From positions 1 to 63,180 of the forward strand of contig CAZJFS010000006.1 in assembly GCA_964545075.1 (NCBI GenBank): a stretch of DNA of 63,180 nucleotides, read 5' to 3'. The translations under genes were made by a program, and so were the position numbers. This DNA comes from an uncultured bacterium. Lineage in GTDB: Bacteria; Muiribacteriota; UBA9980. Every line of letters starts with the position of its first letter. The first letter of the stretch is position 1. This document shows positions 29,149 to 39,616 of the stretch, piece after piece. The notes below the pieces were generated by a model. That model ran no database searches. It was not told the origin of the DNA and saw only the letters and a program-made list of their open reading frames with translations.

Positions 29149-29760
29149 ATGGTTAAAACTAAATTCATGCATATAAGTCTGATACATTACCCGGTGCTCG
29201 CTCTCGGCCCCGGAAAACGAGCCGGCATATGGACGCAGGGCTGCTCCATAAGATGTCCGGGTTGCATGTCACATCACACGTGGGATTTCACGAAAGAGAG
29301 CGGAACCTCTCTCGCATCGATTAAAAATTCGCTGAAAATGTTCAGAACCGACGGCGCCGAAGGCCTCACGTTATCCGGCGGCGAACCCTTCGATCAGCCG
29401 GAAGCGCTTCACGCTCTTTTAAAATCGGCTCGAAAAACAGGGTATAATGATATTCTTATATACAGCGGCTATAAATACGACGCCATAAAAGACCGCCACG
29501 ACAAAATTTTAGAACTCGCCGACGTTTTGATTGACGGGCCCTTTATTCATGGCGAAAAAACCCGAAGCTTATGGAAGGGCTCTGAAAACCAGCGGATGGT
29601 CATGCTTTCAAACGACGCGGGCATCCGCCGGAAATACCTTTCATATATGAGGCGGCGCGGAAAAAGAAATATACAGGTAACTGAAAAAGACGGCGGGATA
29701 TTCATAATCGGCATAACGGATCAGGCCGACACGAACGCGCTCAGCTCGCTCTTTATTTAA
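29149..29760 (+). CDS. NrdG/PFL-activase-like radical SAM protein
   Basis: LGPGKRAGIWTQGCSIRCPGC, GLTLSGGEPFDQ, YSGY, DVLIDGPF, WKGSENQ. Confidence 0.85.
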   Translation: MVKTKFMHISLIHYPVLALGPGKRAGIWTQGCSIRCPGCMSHHTWDFTKESGTSLASIKNSLKMFRTDGAEGLTLSGGEPFDQPEALHALLKSARKTGYNDILIYSGYKYDAIKDRHDKILELADVLIDGPFIHGEKTRSLWKGSENQRMVMLSNDAGIRRKYLSYMRRRGKRNIQVTEKDGGIFIIGITDQADTNALSSLFI

Positions 29761-30733
29761 CTTCGTCTATCCGGTATTTTCTTATCTTTTCATAAAGAGT
29801 GGTACGGTCGATGCCAAGGATCCTGGCGGCTTTAGATTTATTGTGGGAATTTTTTTCAAGAACCATGGATATATAATTTTTTTCGATCTCTTCAAGAGAC
29901 ATCATGCGATCGCCAAGAAAAACATTCATGGCGGAAGAACTCAGCGGGACCGGCGGAGCGCCTGGCGCGAGATAAGATTCACCCGAGCCGTTTTTGGAAA
30001 CGTCAGGCGAGAACTGAACGGGAAGATGCTCGACGAAAATCTGCGTAGTGTGGCCGCTTATTAAAAGCATGGTCCTTTTTATTATATTTCTGAGTTCTCT
30101 TACGTTTCCAGGCCAGTCATGCTTTTGAAGAAGGCCGAGAGCGGCGACGGAAACCGATTCTATTTTTTTATTGAACTCTTTGTTATATTCCTGGATGATA
30201 TCCCAGAGTATGAGGTGAAGATCGCTCAGACGCTCGCGCAGCGGCAGCAGGCTTACGGTAATCTCGTTTATTCTGTAAAAAAGGTCGTTTCTGAATTCCT
30301 TTTCCGCTATGGCTTTTTCAAGGTTCTTATTCGTGGCCGCCAGAAGCCTTATATCGACTTTGACTGTCTTGCTGGAACCGACCGGCTGTATTTCACGGTT
30401 TTCAAGCGCGCGAAGTATCTTAGCCTGCATAGTGGGGCTCATATCTCCTATTTCGTCGAGAAAGAGCGTCCCGCCGCTGGCTTCCTTGAATTTCCCTTCG
30501 AGATTCGAAACGGCATCGGTAAAAGCGCCCCTGACATGACCGAAAAGAACCGATTCTATAAGATTGTCCGGAATAGCGGAGCAGTTCACGGCTATGAATG
30601 GCTTGCCGGCCCTTTTTGACCGGTCGTGTATCGCCTGCGCCATGAGTTCCTTGCCGGTTCCGGATTCACCGAGAATGAGCATCGTCGCGTCAGTCTGAGC
30701 TATATCCTGCGCAAGGTTGAAGACATCTATCAT
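29753..30733 (-). CDS. sigma54-dependent transcriptional activator (AAA+ and Fis-type HTH, no sensor domain)
   Basis: GESGTGKE, GAFTDA, FLDEIG, FRNDLFYR, WPGNVREL, KAARILGIDRTTLY. Confidence 0.93.
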   Translation of the reverse strand: MIDVFNLAQDIAQTDATMLILGESGTGKELMAQAIHDRSKRAGKPFIAVNCSAIPDNLIESVLFGHVRGAFTDAVSNLEGKFKEASGGTLFLDEIGDMSPTMQAKILRALENREIQPVGSSKTVKVDIRLLAATNKNLEKAIAEKEFRNDLFYRINEITVSLLPLRERLSDLHLILWDIIQEYNKEFNKKIESVSVAALGLLQKHDWPGNVRELRNIIKRTMLLISGHTTQIFVEHLPVQFSPDVSKNGSGESYLAPGAPPVPLSSSAMNVFLGDRMMSLEEIEKNYISMVLEKNSHNKSKAARILGIDRTTLYEKIRKYRIDEVK

Positions 30734-30888
30734 TTTAGGTTCAGCGGAAACGAGCTTTCCGAACCTTGCTATCTGTCCGTCCGATTTTTATCCTTGTGTT
30801 TTTCATAATAATATTTTATAATTCTTTGTTATTTTATATTAATCAATAAATATTGTCAACGATTTTTTTAAAAAGGCGGTTCGGCTTT

Positions 30889-33033
30889 ATGCGTACATTT
30901 TTCACCGGAATTCATAAATTACAAAACCTGGCGTTCATCATTTTCTGTCTGACCCTCATTCCAGCGGTTTCAAGCGCCCGCGCGGAAAATATTTATCCCT
31001 TGAGAATAAACGACAGCATATCGGCGACATTCTGCGAATACAGAAACGGGCATCTGCACGCCGGAGACGACGTGAGAACGCTTCGCAGGACTAAGATCCC
31101 GGTCCTCGCGCCATGCGACGGAAAAATAATTAAATTAAACGGGGACGAGAACGGCTATGGAATGCTTTTGACCATGGAAGGAAATGACGGCAAAAAGTAC
31201 AGTTTCGCTCATCTGGATTCATTCGAGAACGACAGGCTGAAACTCGGCGCGCTCATGGAAGCCGCAAGAATAAAAGCGCAGAGACGCTTTCCATTCGAGG
31301 CCGACCTCGCCTCCTCGGACATTAAAGTGAAAAAAGGCGAATTGATAGCTTATTCCGGAGACACCGGAGCGGGTCCGGCGCACCTTCATTATGAAATATG
31401 CGATTCATCGGACATGATACTAAACCCCATGAAATTAATGAGCAAGGACGACACCATCGACCCGACGCCGCCCGTAATAGAGTCATTCGCGATACAGCCG
31501 TACGACGAAAATTCATTAGTGGAAGGGAAACCGCTGCGCCGCTTTTTTTCGCTTGAAAAGACTCGCGAAGGCCTTAAATTCAACGCGGCCGGCAAATTTA
31601 CGTTATGCGTAAGGGCATACGACGAGAACCGCTATATCAACGAAAACTTTTCCAGAATAGGCCTTTACAAATTATCGGTATCGATAAATAAAACTCCCGT
31701 CTATGGCATAGTTTTCGATTCGTGCCACCGCGCCTTCATGAGAAAACCTGAATACGTTTACGACATATATTATTCCGACGCCGCGGGCGGAAATTTTTAT
31801 TACAACATGTTCGATTCCACCGGCGGAAAATCGCGGCCGGAATATATAGAAGAAAATAAGAACGGCGGCATTTTTGAAATTTCAGAAGGGCGCGACTATA
31901 TATTGGAGATCGCGGCCGAGGATTATCACGGAAACAGGTGCCTGAAGGAATTTTCAATACACGGCGCAAAGGCCCCGTCCGCGGAAATCAGGCCCGCCGG
32001 CGCGGCTAAAAAATCATCCGCGGCGCAAGCCAGGGACAATAAAGTAAAAAAATCCGGCGTTAAAACAAAGAAAGAAACGGGTTCCGCGGCCGGAAACATC
32101 ATGAAACTTGAATATTTTGAGAACGGCCTTTTATTAAGGCTTTCCGGCATAAAAAGCACGGACTCGGCCAGGCTTTATTTCGACATAGATAAAACGAGGC
32201 GCGAGATACCGTCTTTTTCAGATAACGGCGCGACGTGCTTTTTCTTTTCATATGAGGACGCCATAAAAAATCCTGTTTTTTACGTTGAAGTAAAAAACGC
32301 GGCTGGCCGGCAGCTTTTTTATGAAGGCAGGAGAATGAAGATCTATAAAGCGGTATCGGGATCGCAGATATCCGGCGAGGAATTCGGTCCCTTTTCCTTC
32401 GTCGTATCCGAATACTGCAATATGTCAAATCCTTTATATGCCGGTTCGGAAAGCGTTTTTGATGTAAATTCCTCCCGGCCGCAGGTTTCCGGCTCCGCGT
32501 CCATAGCGTTTTCAAAACTGCCCGTCTCGGCGCGCGTCTTTTATAAAATCCCGGCGGGAACCGTAAAAAAAACGTCCGCGGGAATTTACATGAAAGCGGG
32601 TAAAAATCTGTCGTTCATGGGTAATTCATCGCAAAAGTACATGAATGATGAATTTATGGAAGCCGAATTTCGCTATTTGAAACGCCTTTCGGTAACTCTC
32701 GCCGCGGACGATTCCGCGCCTCAAATAAAGCCGTTGAAACGGACATTGAAGACGCTCGCGAAACCCATCGGAATTTCGCCCGACGCGAACAAAAATTTCC
32801 TTTCATTTTCGCTTTCAGACAAAGGGTCGGGAATATCGCGGGAGGATATAAAATATTATCTGGACGGCTCGCTTTGCGGCAATTTCGAATATATTTCCGG
32901 AACTCTTAACTGCTACCTTAAAAATTACAACAGCGGTTCAATGTTAAAACCCGGAAATCACGTCATAAAGATCGCGGTCGCCGACAGGTCTAATAACGTT
33001 TCAATATTCGAAAAGCTTTTCAAGGTTAAATGA
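30889..33033 (+). CDS. Large secreted M23 family peptidase
   Basis: Signal peptide; TFCEYRNGHLHAGDD, YSFAHLD, YSGDTGAGPAHLHYE; C-terminal Ig-like DxSGI..IAVADRSNN. Start at ATG 30889 or TTG 30853. Confidence 0.88.
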   Translation: MRTFFTGIHKLQNLAFIIFCLTLIPAVSSARAENIYPLRINDSISATFCEYRNGHLHAGDDVRTLRRTKIPVLAPCDGKIIKLNGDENGYGMLLTMEGNDGKKYSFAHLDSFENDRLKLGALMEAARIKAQRRFPFEADLASSDIKVKKGELIAYSGDTGAGPAHLHYEICDSSDMILNPMKLMSKDDTIDPTPPVIESFAIQPYDENSLVEGKPLRRFFSLEKTREGLKFNAAGKFTLCVRAYDENRYINENFSRIGLYKLSVSINKTPVYGIVFDSCHRAFMRKPEYVYDIYYSDAAGGNFYYNMFDSTGGKSRPEYIEENKNGGIFEISEGRDYILEIAAEDYHGNRCLKEFSIHGAKAPSAEIRPAGAAKKSSAAQARDNKVKKSGVKTKKETGSAAGNIMKLEYFENGLLLRLSGIKSTDSARLYFDIDKTRREIPSFSDNGATCFFFSYEDAIKNPVFYVEVKNAAGRQLFYEGRRMKIYKAVSGSQISGEEFGPFSFVVSEYCNMSNPLYAGSESVFDVNSSRPQVSGSASIAFSKLPVSARVFYKIPAGTVKKTSAGIYMKAGKNLSFMGNSSQKYMNDEFMEAEFRYLKRLSVTLAADDSAPQIKPLKRTLKTLAKPIGISPDANKNFLSFSLSDKGSGISREDIKYYLDGSLCGNFEYISGTLNCYLKNYNSGSMLKPGNHVIKIAVADRSNNVSIFEKLFKVK

Positions 33034-33037
33034 GGCT

Positions 33038-34063
33038 TTAAAATTCAAACTTCACTATCTTGAATTCTTTAGCGTCCGACGCGTAAGAAACTATGACGTT
33101 TTCCCTTAAAAGCATATAAGGCCTGGCCATCACGCGGCTCGCTTCTTTCGGCGGCGCCGGGATTTTTATTTTCCTGTATTCTTTCCGGCCTTTTTCGAAT
33201 TTCACGAGATAGTGGGAGATCGAAGTTTTCCCATCGCCGATGACAGCCGCATTGAGGTAAGCGTTTTCTTTTTCGTCAAACCCTATCAGATGGCAGTTCA
33301 CTATTTTAGCGCCCAGATCGCGGGGATCGCACGTGTGCGAAAAGATCACTTCAGAAGTTTTATCGGCGCGCATTATTTTAAAAGTATTATCCTTAAGCGA
33401 CGATATATAAAGATTTCCTGAAATATCGGCGGCGGTTTCATACGAAAATATCATTTTCGATATCGGAAGCTTCACTTCGCCCGTAAATTTTCCGTTATCG
33501 TCAAATATCGATATTCTGTGCGCCAGCGAATCGATAACAAGGACGGCGGACGAATCGTCAGTAAAAATGTTTTGTATCTTGCTGAAGGACTTGCCGCGGC
33601 CTTCTTCACCCAGCACGGCAAGCTCCCTGCCATCCTGCGAGAACTTAACGCACCTGTTGGCTTCGGCATCGGCAAGATATATAAAACCTGAATTCGAAAC
33701 GGCGATATTTGATACATAATCGCTCCCTATCACCGATTTTTTATAATTGAAAATTTCAGTCGCTTTTTTTTCGTCACGCGAGACCTTTAAAATTTTCCCG
33801 GCGACGGCATCCGTTATAAGGATGTTTTCAGCCGAGTCAACCGTAAAACATGAAGGATTGTCGATCGCGGCCATTCCAGCTCCGGTTGAAGGGCCTGATA
33901 TTTCACCGTAATTTTTTCCATATGGTATGGATATTAAAACTTTTCCACGGTCGAGCTGCGGCGCTTCGTCATTTTTAGAATAAGCGGCCGGGCCCGTTAA
34001 CCCGGCTAAAATCATTGTCATAAGTATCAAAAACACTATTTTTTTCAAATTTATCACTTCCAA
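33038..34063 (-). CDS. Secreted NHL-like beta-propeller protein
   Basis: Signal peptide; NPSCFTVDSAENILITD, IAVSNSGFIYLADAEANRCVKF, VIDSLAHRISIFD. Confidence 0.7.
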   Translation of the reverse strand: MEVINLKKIVFLILMTMILAGLTGPAAYSKNDEAPQLDRGKVLISIPYGKNYGEISGPSTGAGMAAIDNPSCFTVDSAENILITDAVAGKILKVSRDEKKATEIFNYKKSVIGSDYVSNIAVSNSGFIYLADAEANRCVKFSQDGRELAVLGEEGRGKSFSKIQNIFTDDSSAVLVIDSLAHRISIFDDNGKFTGEVKLPISKMIFSYETAADISGNLYISSLKDNTFKIMRADKTSEVIFSHTCDPRDLGAKIVNCHLIGFDEKENAYLNAAVIGDGKTSISHYLVKFEKGRKEYRKIKIPAPPKEASRVMARPYMLLRENVIVSYASDAKEFKIVKFEF

Positions 34064-34134
34064 ATTATATTCTTAAAATTTCAACTTGATATTTATTATA
34101 CTCCATCGATAATTGAATTTCAACTAGTTTAAAA

Positions 34135-34166
34135 AATAAAGCCGCCCGGAGAAGGGCGGCTTTATT
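34135..34166. terminator. Intrinsic terminator
   Basis: ATAAAGCCGCCC-ggagaa-GGGCGGCTTTAT. Confidence 0.8.
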
Positions 34167-34187
34167 AAAAAATGTATATCTTATTTT

Positions 34188-34934
34188 TTATTTAGCTCTC
34201 TTGGCTTTTTTCAGGCTTTTATATGTCGGCTTCGCCTTCGGATCAGCGTTAGCGTTTGAGTCGCCCTTGTATTTCGAAGGATCTATAAATTTCATCGGAT
34301 CTACGGTTTTTTTATTCGCGTCAAGAACCTCAAAATGAAGATGCGCGCCGGTGCTCATACCGGTGTTTCCTGATTTCGTCCCGGCTATGGGTTTCCCGCG
34401 CTCCACTTTTGTTCCGACCGGCGCCCTCTTTGAAAGATGAGCGTATCTCGAATAATATACCTTTCCGTTTATGTTGTGCATGACGAGTATCGTATTTCCA
34501 TATCCGCGCTGCGTCTCGGATGAAACGACAATTCCGTCCCCGATGGCGTACATGGCTGTTCCGGAAGGAACGCTAATATCTATTCCGGTATGAAATTTTC
34601 TCGTTTTTTTAACGGGGTGTATTCTCCAGCCGAATGAACTCGTAACTCTGCCATTTCCCGGATATACGCCGCCGAATTTTTCGTCGCCGCCTGAAACTTC
34701 CGTTTCGCTCGTACCGGCCGCAACCTTTGAAGCCGTTTGATCCGAGATGCCCGCCTGAACTTCGGAACCTGAGTTCGCGGCTTGATCGTTCCGAGCGGCA
34801 CTTGAAACGCTGCCATTTTCAAGCTGATTTCCAAGGCCCTGTATTCCGCCGGTTTCTTCGGCTAAAAGAACGACATTGGAAGAAAACAACGCCGCTATAA
34901 GAAATAAAGAAATAGCAATATTTTTTCTTCGCAT
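34188..34934 (-). CDS. Secreted M23 family peptidase
   Basis: VTSSFGWRIHP..FHTGIDI, GYGNTILVMH, SRYAHLS, SGNTGMSTGAHLHFEV; start ATG 34934 with signal peptide. Confidence 0.93.
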   Translation of the reverse strand: MRRKNIAISLFLIAALFSSNVVLLAEETGGIQGLGNQLENGSVSSAARNDQAANSGSEVQAGISDQTASKVAAGTSETEVSGGDEKFGGVYPGNGRVTSSFGWRIHPVKKTRKFHTGIDISVPSGTAMYAIGDGIVVSSETQRGYGNTILVMHNINGKVYYSRYAHLSKRAPVGTKVERGKPIAGTKSGNTGMSTGAHLHFEVLDANKKTVDPMKFIDPSKYKGDSNANADPKAKPTYKSLKKAKRAK

Positions 34935-35064
34935 AAAAATTCCCCTTTCTTTATATAAAAATTTAATATCAGTTAAAATAAAAACAATAAATTTTTTAAA
35001 GGCGTACACGCCTTTTTTATATTATACTAAATATAAATTAAAAATGTTTCAAAAAATAAAATTT

Positions 35065-36081
35065 TTATAAAAATTTATAGAATTCATCCGGCTTAAGCTC
35101 GGCCAGTCGCTTATTTTCAAACAAAAATTTTCTTATATCAACGCAAAGATGACATTTCCCCGCATATCCTTTTTTCAGTTCGGCGTATCCGTATTTTGAG
35201 GCGTAATTAAACAACCCTCTGACGCCCTCATTGAGCAGCGCTTTGATCACGGGCTTTTCGCTTATGTCTATCTCTTCGCCGATTTCCCCGTATGAGCAAG
35301 GGGCGATCCCGGCGCAAAGCCCGCCCGGCATATAATTTCCGTAGCAGTCAATGTGAAAATGGGCCGTTCCGAGCAGTTCCCGTTCGCAATCGGTTATGAA
35401 AAATTCCCTGGCGCCGCGCATCTTATAAAGGGGCGGATCCATATATCCGGCCCTGCCGCCGGGAATGAGATAATAAAGATCGGCTATGGCTCTTATAGCT
35501 TCCGCCGGAAGGCTTTTGATTTTAACGGGCCGTTTCTTATCGAACGGTTCGAAAAAACTTTCAAATTCGCTTATCCATACGAACGCGCCGCCGTACCCGA
35601 AAACTTCCCGGACAAGGCTTATAGCGCCCATAGTGGTTTCCGGCGTTATAAATTCCGCGTGAAAAGGCGAAACGGAGATAAGCACGCTTCTTAACCCGGC
35701 GTCATAAAATTTTTGAAGGATCGGCCTGTATTTCCCGGGATTTCTTCCCCAGAACCCGTTCGTTTCGACGTAGGAAACGCGCACGCCATGATTTTTCGCC
35801 GCGCCCAGGGCCGATAAAACGCAGTCCGGGTTTAAAAACGCCTCGCCGCCGCCGATATGCATCTCGGCATCCGGCCCCGCTTTTTTAATGACGCCAAAAA
35901 CATCGTCCAGTTCGGCCGGCGTAAGCCAGCGATTTTCGCGTTTCGGCGAACCGCATATGAGGCAATGGCCGCATGAATTAGTACATCTGTAGGATAAAAT
36001 AACGCCGCCGCCCTGAAGCTCGCCTATTGTAAGCTTATCCGGACGGCGGGTTTTTCTGAAAAAATTAAGATTTATTCCCAT
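35065..36081 (-). CDS. Radical SAM protein
   Basis: YRCTNSCGHC (CxxxCxxC), HIGGGEAF, ETNGFW, ISVSPFH. Confidence 0.88.
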   Translation of the reverse strand: MGINLNFFRKTRRPDKLTIGELQGGGVILSYRCTNSCGHCLICGSPKRENRWLTPAELDDVFGVIKKAGPDAEMHIGGGEAFLNPDCVLSALGAAKNHGVRVSYVETNGFWGRNPGKYRPILQKFYDAGLRSVLISVSPFHAEFITPETTMGAISLVREVFGYGGAFVWISEFESFFEPFDKKRPVKIKSLPAEAIRAIADLYYLIPGGRAGYMDPPLYKMRGAREFFITDCERELLGTAHFHIDCYGNYMPGGLCAGIAPCSYGEIGEEIDISEKPVIKALLNEGVRGLFNYASKYGYAELKKGYAGKCHLCVDIRKFLFENKRLAELKPDEFYKFL

Positions 36082-36095
36082 AACAAGCGCGTCTT

Positions 36096-37319
36096 TTACA
36101 TGTCGCCGGAATCGCCGGACATGCTTGAAACGTCGAAGTATTCGTTGGTCTCGACCTCGCGTTTTTCATAGTAGAATTTTTTGTAGAGCAATACGAGCGA
36201 GTATATTATACCGAGCGGAATCGCCACGAAATAAACCGCGTAGTTCAATAAAGAGATCAGATAGTATGCGGGATTTGAAAAATCTCCGCCGACGGATGCC
36301 GCCCACGGAAGCGTAAACGCGGGCGTAGGCGCGAAAGCGTTCATGTTCCAGATTATTATGGCGATCGAAAGATAATTGACGAAAATATTCGGAAAAGTGG
36401 ACGCCGATGTAGTCCACTGGAGGCCCTGAGAGCGGCCTTTGGTAAACGGATAAAAAAGGTTCGAACCGAGATGTCCCGTCTGATCGACGAAAACATGCGA
36501 TAACATCGCGAAGATGCCCATGAAAAAAGCCGATATCGAAAGCGGCGTAAAAAGCCCCATGAAATTTCCCTTGAAAAGTTCGCTCCAAGGAGCGTATATC
36601 GCGAAAGCGAGAGGGCCGGTTATCACGCCGAGCGTGATGCTGTGAGACCACTGGCGATGCCAGGGGATAAAATCGATCTTTACCTTGCCGTTATCATATT
36701 CAAAGGCGAAGTCCGGGCCGGAGAATATCCCGACCTCGGTATCCTGATAATATGTGTTATTTATCTCGGCGTTAAATTTCGCCGTGTAATAATTATTTTC
36801 CGTCGGCCTGGTTTCAGGCATGCCGGGCAGATGATCGATGAGTTTTTCAAGCGTCTTGGGAACGCCCATTTCGGTTATCGATTTCTGCATCGTTTCATAG
36901 GACGGCAGATAATCAAGTTTTTCCATTACCTGGCTCATGGTTTTTATGGAGCCGATCATAACCGTTACCTCTTTACGCTTATCATCCACGAAAAGGTTGA
37001 ATGTCCTGTAATGGCTGGCGGAAAGCCTTATTATATCGATTTTAAGATAGACGACTTTTTTTTCACTGTAAGCCTGTTCAAGCGCTTTTACATATCCTTC
37101 GGCGATATATTTGGCGTCGAGGTTATCCTCGTTTATTCTCAGGACATAGTCGTGCTTCCAGAAATAGCGGGCGAAACGGAAATCGAGCGTATCGCAGCAG
37201 ACGCCGAAAACGCCGCCGAACGGAAGGAAAAAAGATTTGTTCGCGAAAACCGAATGCATTCCAGCCGGAAAGCACGAAGCGGTCGCTACCCCTGTTAAAA
37301 AGTGGGTGATACCTTTCAT
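36096..37319 (-). CDS. YdjM-like membrane metal-dependent hydrolase with large insertion
   Basis: KGITHFL, DTLD, HRQWSHS, SHVFVDQ..G..LFYPF; start 37319 after GGGGAG RBS. Confidence 0.75.
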   Translation of the reverse strand: MKGITHFLTGVATASCFPAGMHSVFANKSFFLPFGGVFGVCCDTLDFRFARYFWKHDYVLRINEDNLDAKYIAEGYVKALEQAYSEKKVVYLKIDIIRLSASHYRTFNLFVDDKRKEVTVMIGSIKTMSQVMEKLDYLPSYETMQKSITEMGVPKTLEKLIDHLPGMPETRPTENNYYTAKFNAEINNTYYQDTEVGIFSGPDFAFEYDNGKVKIDFIPWHRQWSHSITLGVITGPLAFAIYAPWSELFKGNFMGLFTPLSISAFFMGIFAMLSHVFVDQTGHLGSNLFYPFTKGRSQGLQWTTSASTFPNIFVNYLSIAIIIWNMNAFAPTPAFTLPWAASVGGDFSNPAYYLISLLNYAVYFVAIPLGIIYSLVLLYKKFYYEKREVETNEYFDVSSMSGDSGDM

Positions 37320-37653
37320 GATCGGACACTCCCCTTTTATTTTTAATGATTTTAAAAATTCCATTATATTATAAAGCATATGAGCGTTATTTTCAAGTCA
37401 AAATTAAAATAAAAAAATGGATTTATCGCCTTATAATATGTTATAATTTTTTTGTTTTTGCGACCTTATGGCGCCGCGGCATCTTAACTAAAGCGTCGGC
37501 ATTAGCCGTTCAAACGGTTTCAAGCCCGGGAGCGCCCGATCAAAAACCGCGTATATGGTTCAAAAACGCAGAAAAATCGCAAAAAAATTCAATTATAAGC
37601 CTCTCGCGCGGTTTTAAAACGAAAGGGCGTTCGATTAAGAAAGGATTGAAAAA

Positions 37654-39609
37654 ATGTCAGCATACGAACAATATTACAAAGAATCTCTATCTTTAAAAAA
37701 AGAGCTTATTTCGTCGCACGAAGGCCTTTTGAAAACATTTGAAAAAGACCTTGAAATTTTCAGTAAGAAAGACTCGCTGTACGCCAATCTCAGGCTGGTT
37801 TTCTTCCTCGGCGTAATTGCCTGCCTTTTATCCATAGTAACCTCGGGAGACGTCGCCGGCGCCCGCCTGACGGCATCTTATATCTTTCTCGCGATTTTCA
37901 TAATCTCATTTTCCGTTCTGATACATTGCCACGATCAAATAATATCTCTTCTCGAAAAAGCCAGAGCCAGGGTAGTTTTAAAACGTGAACAGCTTTCGCG
38001 CGTAAGGGATACCGAAAGGCCCGTTCCGGGAGTGCGCGACAGCATGGTGCACGAAACGGTCAGCCATGAATTTCTCGACGGCACCTTCGGCCTTTCGAAC
38101 AACCCTTCGCGGTTCGAGATGAAGGAACACATAATAAACGATCTCGACCTTTTCGAAGGCGAAAAGAACGTTTTCGGGCTTTACTGCACGGCCCAGACGG
38201 CGCCGGGAAAGCAAAGGCTTTATCAGTGCCTCAAATCCCCCTTCATGGACGTTAAAACCATAAGGGAGCGCCAGGCGGCGGTCATGGAACTTTTCGGGGA
38301 CGCCGGTTTCATTGAAACGGCCGAAGTCGCCGCCTTTCCCATGAGAAACACGAGATTTTCAGAATATATGAACGCGGTGACGGCCCCTGACATCCTTCCA
38401 CATAACGTTATTTTCCGTTATTTCATAATGGCCATGGCATTTCTGCCCGCCATTTCTATTTTAACCGGAAAATATGAGATTTTCGCGTGGCTTTATTTCA
38501 TAAATGTTTTTGTCATCGGGTTCTCTTTTGAAAAATGCGCCGTGATCAAAAAGAACTATTCATCGCTCGCGCTTTTCGGCCGGTGTTTTTTCAACCTGGC
38601 AAATATATTTTCCGGGAAAAAATTTGAAAGCCCGGTTTTGACAGCTATAGCCTCGAAGTTCCAGGGCGCTCCCGACGGCGGAGCTTCCGACGGCTTTTTC
38701 GTAAAAAAACTCGGTGAAATATCCAGGACCGCCGCGATATTGCAGTTCCCGCTTCCGATCATGCTCGACGCCGTTTTTCTCTTTGACATCAACATGTGCG
38801 AACGGGTGGAACGAAAGGTCGGCCGCTTCAGATCGGCGCTTTTGAACCTCGTTCCCGCCATGGCGGAATTCGAGGCCCTTTCCTCTTTCTCAAACATCAA
38901 GCTCGACCAGCCCGAATACCGTTTCGCGAAGATCGACGATTCGCCGGATCCCACGCTTGAATTTTCATGCCTCGCGCACCCTTTCATTGATTTTGAAAAA
39001 GCCGTGGCGAACTCCATATCGTTTAACGACGACTGCGACATCGCGATCATCACCGGCTCCAACATGTCAGGAAAATCAACGTTCTTAAAAGCAGTCTCGC
39101 TCGCCGCCGTCCTCTCGGCCGCGGGCGCCCCGGTGCGCGCGATGAGCGCGAGCCTCACTCCCGTGAGGATAATCACCGATATCCGCGTCAGCGATTCCAT
39201 AACGCTCGGCATAAGCCACTTTTACTCGGAGCTTTTAAGGGTCAAGATGGTCACCGACGAGCTCATGAAGGGAAAGATGGTCCTGGGCATTTTCGACGAA
39301 TTGTTCCACGGCACCAACAGCCGCGAAAGGCTGGCGCTCTGCCGCGCGACGCTCGAATATCTCAAAAACAGCGGCGGCCGTTTCATCGTCGCCACTCACG
39401 ACCGCGAGCTGACAGCTACGGCGTCTAACGTTTCAGGCGCCGCGATAAAAAATTATCACTTCGAGGAAAAGATAACCGGCGTCGAAAGCATCTTTACTTA
39501 CAAGCTTATCGACGGCCCGTCGAACGTGACCAACGCCATAACGCTCGCCCAGAAGTGCGGCCTGCCTGAAAAAATATATAAACGCGCGAGAGAGCTCGCG
39601 GGAGAATAG
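37654..39609 (+). CDS. Membrane-anchored MutS-family ATPase (domain V, no mismatch-recognition domain)
   Basis: TM helices; ITGSNMSGKST, DSITLGISHFYSEL, FDELFHGTNS, ATHD, NYHF. Confidence 0.88.
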   Translation: MSAYEQYYKESLSLKKELISSHEGLLKTFEKDLEIFSKKDSLYANLRLVFFLGVIACLLSIVTSGDVAGARLTASYIFLAIFIISFSVLIHCHDQIISLLEKARARVVLKREQLSRVRDTERPVPGVRDSMVHETVSHEFLDGTFGLSNNPSRFEMKEHIINDLDLFEGEKNVFGLYCTAQTAPGKQRLYQCLKSPFMDVKTIRERQAAVMELFGDAGFIETAEVAAFPMRNTRFSEYMNAVTAPDILPHNVIFRYFIMAMAFLPAISILTGKYEIFAWLYFINVFVIGFSFEKCAVIKKNYSSLALFGRCFFNLANIFSGKKFESPVLTAIASKFQGAPDGGASDGFFVKKLGEISRTAAILQFPLPIMLDAVFLFDINMCERVERKVGRFRSALLNLVPAMAEFEALSSFSNIKLDQPEYRFAKIDDSPDPTLEFSCLAHPFIDFEKAVANSISFNDDCDIAIITGSNMSGKSTFLKAVSLAAVLSAAGAPVRAMSASLTPVRIITDIRVSDSITLGISHFYSELLRVKMVTDELMKGKMVLGIFDELFHGTNSRERLALCRATLEYLKNSGGRFIVATHDRELTATASNVSGAAIKNYHFEEKITGVESIFTYKLIDGPSNVTNAITLAQKCGLPEKIYKRARELAGE

Positions 39610-39616
39610 GCCGGCG

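Noticed and set aside
37346-37696. 116-aa plus-strand ORF
   Set aside because: Spans a divergent promoter region and overlaps both neighbours; low-information sequence.
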